Position numbers and translations under genes: made by a program. The notes beneath the pieces were generated by a model. It worked only from the letters and a program-made list of their open reading frames with translations, was not told the origin of the DNA and did no database searches. A DNA stretch of 64,000 nt from Octopus bimaculoides (lineage: Eukaryota): assembly GCF_001194135.2 (NCBI RefSeq), contig NC_068984.1:134225073-134289072 (forward strand), written 5' to 3'. Of the stretch, positions 55,901 through 64,000 are shown one piece after another; positions within the stretch are counted from its first letter, which is position 1; the number at the start of each line of letters is the position of its first letter.

Positions 55901-57442
55901 AACATGATAATCTAAATATAAGCCAAATTATACGTGGCACAAACATTTGGAGATAGAGTGACATAAATGGTGTATGTGTGTGAGTGTGTGTCTGTGTGTG
56001 TGTTATACTATCTTTGGAGAAGCTTATCAAATAGAAATTAATTTATCCATTTTTACTAATCCTAAGTGTTTTAGCTTAGCTTAGTAGATACCATCCCAGC
56101 TTGTTTTCATATATTTCAAACATTTTATCAAACTATATTTCGTTTACTGTCATAAGATTTCAATCATATTTTATTCACAAAATATGTGTTACTTTACTTA
56201 ATTTTGATTTTCCTGTATCCTAGTGCTTATATATACATGCCTTGCATATATACACGCAGATACAATACATATATACATACATACATACATATACATATAT
56301 ATAATATCTATTTACATAGAAGTATATATATATATATATATATAGATACACACATTATATATATAATGTGTGTATATGTATATGTGTATGTATAATAAAA
56401 ATTGTATATGTACAATACAAAATATACATTATATATAATATATATATATATATATGTATAATATATATGTATGCATGTATGTATATGTATATGTTTACAC
56501 TCAAACATCAAATTAACTCTGTTGAAATAAATATGATCATCAAAAAAAAAAAAAAATCTTGAAGGAAACAATATATTGGCTACAACGTTCATGTGTTTAC
56601 AAAATAGTATCATTCAAGCAGATGATTTTTTTGTCGGAAAGCTGGTACAAAATATAATAGGTCCAGCTAATTACAGCAATTGGAATAAAGGGAAAAAAGT
56701 GTTAAACAAAACATGTCAATGTAAAAAGTGAATTTTGAAGAAGATTGTTTAAAATAGTTTATGATATTTAAGAAAATATTTTGAAAAGTTTTCATTTTTT
56801 TTACAATTTTTCACATTAAATAAAAATATAAAATATTTTGTTTGTGAAAAAAACCATGGTACATTTTTATGGATAAACATTTTTTTATTCAAAATAAAAT
56901 CAAGTATAATTACATTATTATCAAAATAAAACTTGGCATAGAAAGATATAAATAATAAATAAACAATTCTAACGTACATAAAAATGTCATTGTAATGGAA
57001 TTTGTACCTAAGGTAAAAGTTAACCCAAACAACACTACATTTTCTTCATTAAATACATGTGATTAAATACTTGATTTTCAAGAAAAAATACTTTCACTGT
57101 TGAATAAATGGATACATGGATATATTCCAAAATGTTTAAGTGCAGAGTGTTCCATTAATTACTTAATGTTATGTAAATTTTAATCTGGTTGTGAAATTAC
57201 ATTTTGTAAGGCTAAATGAGATTATAAACTAAACTGTTATGAGTTCAAACTTAGCATGCATTTCATGTTGTGTTCTTTAGCCAGACATTATTTTTGTCCC
57301 AGTTGTCCTGCAAATTATACATACCATCAATGTATTCTGTTTAAACGATTAAAATAAAAGGGTTTTGAGCTGTAATTACTAGTCCCACTCGTAGACAAAT
57401 AACTAAATTTTTAAAAACTGTTTCATCCATGATAAGGAATCT

Positions 57443-57475
<33 letters not shown>

Positions 57476-58950
57476 ATTTCGAAGCAGAAATCTTTATTCA
57501 ACTGCAAAAAGAATTTTGACTCAAGCCTACAAAACAGACATAGCCAAATCTGACATGCTAGTTGGTATTAGCAGATGAATGGAAGGTGAAGATCTCTGAG
57601 AAACTATTATGGAACTAGAAATTTAAGCACATTATATGCACTGGTACAACTGGTAGCCTTTGCAACTATACACTTAAACCCTACACTGCTCCAATGATCT
57701 CTCTGATTAGACATATAATGTTAATTAGATGATAGTGTGCTAAACGTTAATTATTGATAGTATCTGTAAATAAGGATAGAAGTTTTGGTATTTCTTTTTT
57801 TCAACTAACAATAAAGGCTTTCTCTTATCAGAGAAAAGCAGTCTATGTAAAGTATCGATATATTGAAATATAAGGAAGAGAATAAGTAAATTATGATAGT
57901 GTCTGAGCACAAAAGAGTAAAGTAACTACACAGAGATGGTGAAGATGGATATGTCCCAGGAGCAAAATTGTTTTCTAATAATGATATGGAATAATTAGTT
58001 CTAACAATAAGAGAACAATGAGCCACTGACATGAGAAAAAGAAATCGAGAGGCATAAGATGCAATATAAGAGTCATTCCAGTGAAAATGAACATGAATTC
58101 ACGAAGAAATAGCATAACTGATAATTGCACAAATATTTAGAACTCTCATAATATTTCATGAAATATGGAGAGATGTGACAACTACTTTACAGTATCGTAT
58201 GATAATCAAAGGAAAGTACAATAATTACACTAAATAACTATTCTAATTGAAAAGTTGTTATTGGTAGTGTTTGAAAATATTTCAAACCAGAGAAAACAAT
58301 AACTTACCCGACAAATATGCACTACACTTATATTTCATTTATACAGTTGTTGATAAGGTAAAAATAGTAAAATAATATAGGTGATATCTACTAATTTATA
58401 TAGTTTGAGCATTTAGTTCTTCTTTCACCCTACTTCCAATAGAAATATCTATTTCCAAGCTTTGAACATTTATTTAACTCACATATCACTCTATATTTCT
58501 CCTTTATTAGTTCTCTCCTTATTGATTTCTTTACCCCTTCTCTTCATATGTGTTACCTTTGACATCATATCTACTAACGGTTTTTTAAAATACATAATAG
58601 CGTTCTGTTCATCATTTACACAGTCATCACATTTGTTAAAATGTCTTATTGTTGAGTTTGATTCTCTTTCTTTCCCTGATGAGAAGATTACATTATTTTA
58701 CACCATTTATTCCTTTGGAATAAAACCAATATTGTCTTCAAAACATATGTCGGAAGTAAAATAATTTGAATGATACCTGTGTTTAACTCCATTTATTTAT
58801 TTATACTATACAAACTACTGCACATTAACCCAGAGTTTCTGCTTTTGAACAGGTTGCTACATCCTTGTTACTTGCGTGAATTTTGCTACCCTGGTAACTG
58901 CTTATTGAATTTTCCGTGTTAACTGTAAACAAAGGAAAATTCACACATCC

Positions 58951-58989
<39 letters not shown>

Positions 58990-59150
58990 ACACAGGTTGG
59001 TCAGTTTGTTAAAAAGTTTGTTTCCCAACTATTTGGTCGCAGGTTCAGTTCCCTTACATGACATCTTGGTCAAGTGTCCTCTGCTATGGCTTGAGTCAAC
59101 CAAAATCATGTGTTTGGTAGATAGGAACTGAAAGATGCCCATCATATTTA
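58990..59150 (+). mobile_element. tRNA-derived SINE fragment
   Basis: B-box-like ggttcagttccc, then cttggtcaagtgtcctctgctat...gaactgaaagatgccc. A related copy is at 14560-14637. Confidence 0.6.
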
Positions 59151-59461
59151 TGTATGTGTATGTGTGTGCATGTGCATGCACATGTATCTGTTTGTGTGTT
59201 TACATATTCTCTAAATACTGTGAGCTACAACTGGTGACGATAGCATTTCTTTGTCAACATCTTTGAAAATGTCTGACATATGCGATTCTTTATTTCAAAA
59301 ACAGGCAAATGTTAGTGACAGGAAGGGTATCCAGAAATACACACACACACTCACTGCCAGTACTTTGATCACCCCATGACTATCATAGTAGGCACTTGCT
59401 CAAGGTGCTGCACAGTGAGACTGCACTCAAAACCATGTACTTGAGAAGTAATGTCTGTGCC

Positions 59462-59504
<43 letters not shown>

Positions 59505-59520
59505 CTGTGTGTGTGAAAAT

Positions 59521-59703
59521 AAAATGAAAATGGAATAAGGGATTATGTCATGAACTGCATTAGATTGCAGCTGTTTTGCAATAAGATGCAATGCATTCAT
59601 AGTTGAATGCTTGTGTACCATTCTATAGCTTCAAACATGTACGATTTTATCTGGGAAAATGTAAGCTAATGAAGTTCATGACAATTCCTTATTCCTTCAT
59701 TTT
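59521..59703. repeat. Imperfect ~40-bp inverted repeat pair (MITE-like)
   Basis: 59521-59563 aaaatgaa(aat)ggaataagggattatgtcatgaactgcattag versus the reverse complement of 59666-59703, aaaatgaaggaataaggaattgtcatgaacttcattag. Confidence 0.8.
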
Positions 59704-59805
59704 AATGTCTTATTACTGTTCTATACTTGACTGATGCTTTGTTCTGAAATGTATGAATATTGAGTTCCAACACTAAGTTATGAAGTATTGCTATACCTAA
59801 GTGAA

Positions 59806-59912
59806 ATAATAATAATGATTGTAATAATAATAATAGTAATAATAATAATAGTAATAATAATAATGATAATAGTAATAATAATAATGATAATAATAATAAT
59901 AATAATAACAAT
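59806..59912. repeat. (TAA)n array with interspersed TGA/TAG
   Basis: Low-complexity array. The poly-Leu ORF 59702-59911 is an artefact. Confidence 0.9.
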
Positions 59913-59931
59913 AATAAATATATATATAAGT

Positions 59932-60225
59932 GAAGGTGCGTGACTGAGTGGTTAAGGTATTCAGTTCACTATTGTAAAGTCATGAGTTCGATTCCTGGTG
60001 GTGTGTTGTGTCCCTGAAGAAGACACTTTATTTCATTTTGTTTCAGTCCATTCAGCTGGCAAAAATTAGTAGTACCTCTATTTTAAAGGGCCACCTTTGT
60101 CACACTCTGTGTCACACTGAGTTTCCCTGAGAACTACATTAATAGTATGCATGTCTGTGGAGTGCTCAGCCATGCGAACATTAGTTTCAAGAGCAGGCTG
60201 TGCCACTGATTGAATTAGATGGATC
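59932..60225 (+). mobile_element. tRNA-derived SINE with A and B boxes and conserved core
   Basis: A box tgactgagtgg, B box gagttcgattcc, then gtgttgtgtccctgaagaagacactttatttc...cagtccattcagctggc. Confidence 0.8.
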
Positions 60226-60316
60226 ACTAATGGAATGCTATTTATACTTAACATCTAGCCTCTCTTCTTGTTAAATGGTTCTGTGCTTTTCCCTCATTTT
60301 CCAGCATACCAGTTTG

Positions 60317-60356
<40 letters not shown>

Positions 60357-60572
60357 TATGCACAGGATTTGTAAAGACTAGATAGAAATAAAGCGAGCAT
60401 GGTTTACTGCATGTGTAATGTTAGTATGCACAAATCATAGAGTATAATTGACCTGAGAAAAAAGCTGTATAGAAGAATCAAATGTAATATGCAAGAGAGA
60501 AGACTAAGGTATGGATATACAATGTATATTGATGACAACAGTGACATAAAAGAAGTATCAAACACTCAATAT

Positions 60573-60708
60573 GAACAAAGAGAAGACTTAGAAAGACATG
60601 GGACAAAGTTGAGAAAACCGATCTGAAAATGCTGAACCTCGAACAAAGAGAAGACTTAGAAAGACATGGGACAAAGTGGAGAAAATCGATCTGAAGATGC
60701 TGAACCTC
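60573..60708 (+). repeat. 68-bp tandem duplication within a probable decayed LINE
   Basis: gaacaaagagaagacttagaaagacatgggacaaagt..gagaaaa.cgatctgaa.atgctgaacctc occurs twice (60573-60640 and 60641-60708) with a few mismatches. Confidence 0.9.
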
Positions 60709-61946
60709 ACAGAGGAAATAACAAAACATCACAAAAATTTGTGACTTGCCATATTGGAGATAATCTGAACTTGTGCAAGGAAGGTAGAAAGGAAGCTATA
60801 ACCGTTACTATATCAATTTTTTATTCACCCCTCCATCTCTGATCTATCTTCCTACCTTTTTCTCACTGCTTTTGCTGCATTCATCTACTGTTCCAACTCC
60901 AGGCCTTATTTCTTTTGTGGTCCCTGCCCTCTTTCTATAAATTCTCCATTGCCCCAATACTGTCCAATTACTCTCTCATCTCCCTCTAATAGCACCCAGC
61001 ATCTCTGCTTTTAGTGACTCTCCTTGTAGTTTCTTCAGCTCCATTTTCACCTTCATCTCTCTCTCTCTCATACACTCCTCCACTGAGCCTACTCTCTTAG
61101 CCCATCAGCCTTACCTTGCTCTTCCTCTTTCATTTTCACTAACTCCTGACACTACTCCTTCTCTTTCTCATTCCCATGCTTTTTCCATTACTGTTCTCAT
61201 CTCTGTTACCTCCTTCATTGCCACCTTTTCACAAAATTAAACCTGCTCTTCCCATCCATAACTTAAATTCTCTTAACTCCAAAGCTAAAGTTATTGCCCT
61301 GTCTTCTTTCCTCTATTTCAGTTGTGAGAACTCTTTAGTCTTGCAAATAGCAAGACAGTCTCAATGGGGCTGATGTCATGAAAAAGTGTCCAGTCCACTG
61401 GCAAATTAAGCACAGAAAATGCAGCATTGAGAGAACTCATTAAACGTTGATAATAGGAAAGTAACAGTCCATACAAAAACTAACTCAAAAAGCTTTGTTC
61501 AGCCCATGGAAAATTGGGTGTAAAAACAGTTATGAAATATATGACCTGTGCACATATTTATATATATATGTGTGTGAATGTATATATATATATATATATA
61601 TATATAAATATTCATCTCCAGATGTATACATATTTAACTCCATCTATATATCTGGGGAGTTGGTTGTAACTATGCAGAAAATAAAGAAGAAAACTAACTA
61701 GAATACATGGATTCTCTCTGCAATTTTCAGCTTTGGTTTGTAAAGGTACTCGAGGAGTTCTGAATACTGTTTATACATTGTCCAACTTAATTCATACTCG
61801 CACAGACACACATATGTACATACATGCACATATACATACATATATATGCATATATGCATGTATATATACATACACATGTATATATGTATATATAAATATA
61901 TGTAAAATATATATCTATACATGTATGAGTGTACACTCACACAAAC

Positions 61947-61982
<36 letters not shown>

Positions 61983-62304
61983 CCTTTATACAGTATTAGA
62001 AAGTTACCCTCATAATAGCCAGTTCTTGTTACTGAGAAAATTCAAGCTGAAGAACGAGAGAGTACATTGTATGATGCTTGGTGAGCATCAAATCACCCTT
62101 CCACACTTGGAGTATCCTTTAACACAAAATCTTTTGAGAATATGAATTGGCTGGTTTGAGACTAAATTTATAATACTGCATAAAAGAAAAATATTCCCAC
62201 TTTTTTACCTAATATACAGCACCTGTTTTTTCTGATTTAGGAATATATATGGAACAACTAATATATATATACATAATTATATTTATATATATGTATGTAT
62301 GTGT

Positions 62305-62355
<51 letters not shown>

Positions 62356-64000
62356 TGTGTGTCTGTGTATCTTGCACATATGTATATGCTCACAAACAAC
62401 TGTTTACAGTTTATATTTAGAGAAGAAATTATTATTTTGAAATATATTTTTGTCTAATTTACATTATTATAAATGGAAAGAAAAATTGTTATAATCTGAA
62501 GTATCTGTGTTTGTACATTTATTTAAATGTAAATGTTATTTGCTCAGGCATCGTTTTAGTATTCCAATAAAAAAAAAATTAAAAAAAAATATTTAAAAAT
62601 CTAATCTGATTAAGCATTGCTCTAAAATTTTTCACAAAATTAATAATAGATGTTACATTAATAAAAATGTATCTGAACTCTATATGAATCAGAAAACAAC
62701 TAATTTTAGTGAAATATTAAATCTGTAACAAAAATCATCGACTTATATATTCTAGGTAGCATTTCCTACATTTTGTTTGTATTAAGTAGTACAGATGTTG
62801 GTTGTAGACTTTGCAGTCAAATATAATATCACTTGCACTATTTTATTTCTCTGCTTTGAGATAAGATACATAATTTTTTGTACTTAGAAATAAAAAATCA
62901 ATCAATAAAAGCAAATTTTCTGTTCTCATTAGGTCGGTTTTAACTCTAAAACTTTAAAAACACTAAAAGTATCTTCTAGTTCTCATATCTAAAAGTCATT
63001 TAGTCTTAACGTTTATGTAACATCAAAGAGTTTCCCTTTTATTTCTACTTATGCTATTGATATATTTTATGCTAATGAACGTTGATGGTGATGTTAAACA
63101 TGGCTAGTTCACTGTTGCAAGATGACATGTTTTATCACTATTAAATATGAGGTATGCAGTTTATTATTAAGCAATAAAATAAGCAAAGTAATAGTTTGAA
63201 GAATATAATTGATAAAACTTGATAATTAACTATTATACTTGTGTCTTTCTCTATAGTGTATTTCTTTTTTTATTTTTAAATTTTGCATTTTTTAAAATAA
63301 AAAATAGATATCAGCCGAGCAAAGTTTAAAAAATACATAAAACACATCACTAACAATACAAAAACCTTAAAATTTTATGAAAATATACCTGTTTATCTGA
63401 ATTTATTTTTCTTTTTTTATATTTTCAAATATAAACTTTTCTTTACAAAAACAGAGAAAATAATCAATAAAACACAAACAAATCAATGCATATNNNNNNN
63501 NNNNNNNNNNNNNNNNNNNNNNTATATATATATATTTATATATATATATATGCACACACAAATTAGCATATATGAATAGAAAATATCTAAATAGTGTCTG
63601 TTTTCGCTTTTACATTTTTGGCTCATTTTTCTGTATGATGTAATCATTATAGAATGTTACAATAATGGATATGTGCATCAAACATTTTACATAGACTGCA
63701 AGCACATTGCAGAGGGTAATAATAGGAACAAAAATCAGTTTAATATAATTCTATCCTGGTGTGCTACTATCTGAACAGAACTGACAATATATGATTAAAT
63801 TCAGTTTTCAATCACCTTAAGACTAGATTTATCAACAAGCTCACTGTAAAATTTCATTCAGAGATAATAGCATTTTTTAAAGTATTATTTATTCTAAATT
63901 AAAAATGCTACATAATTAAAACTGGCATTTTATATACAAAATCTAATCATTTTTCAAGATTGTAAGAATAAATTAATTTTCCAAAAGTACATAAGAATTA

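Larger units (their letters stand above)
4968..64000 (-). other. NRXN: Very long neurexin intron (>59 kb) at the SS4-equivalent position
   Basis: I found no exon encoding the expected upstream LNS6 segment (..[21 protein letters not shown]-like) on the minus strand by eye. The sequence is repeat-rich and non-coding. A small exon could be hidden in the N gaps. Confidence 0.7.

Noticed and set aside
59932-60010. tRNA-like A and B boxes
   Set aside because: Followed by a SINE core with no complete cloverleaf, so it is a SINE head rather than a tRNA gene
1-64000. CRISPR arrays, operons or other prokaryotic systems
   Set aside because: The sequence is eukaryotic intron. The tandem arrays are microsatellites without spacers.

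Overview
AT-rich, microsatellite- and SINE-dense animal DNA with (AT)n-flanked assembly gaps. The repeat families look like Octopus, which is an inference from repeat style. The window lies almost entirely inside a minus-strand neurexin gene. Two coding exons of the last LNS (LNS6) domain are clear: 4967-4863 (GEQMSIFNNQAYIYIGGKKDSWDSQIQKAYRGEIS) and 1353-1266 ([29 protein letters not shown]). They match the vertebrate NRXN exons '[13 protein letters not shown]..GQLS' and '[22 protein letters not shown]'. The intron upstream of the first exon is where vertebrate splice site 4 (SS4) lies, and it spans more than 59 kb here; I found no preceding constitutive exon in the window. That intron holds degenerate LINEs (RTE-like, L1/Tx1), Tc1/mariner and piggyBac-type MITEs, a Helitron helicase remnant and many SINEs. 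The main hypotheses are a frame-preserving 9-nt microexon after LNS6, several frame-preserving phase-1 cassette or microexon candidates at the SS4 position, a regenerated 5' splice site at the start of the LNS6 exon, and a near-perfect 31-bp intronic hairpin. All alternative exons come from splice-signal inspection only and need RNA-seq.
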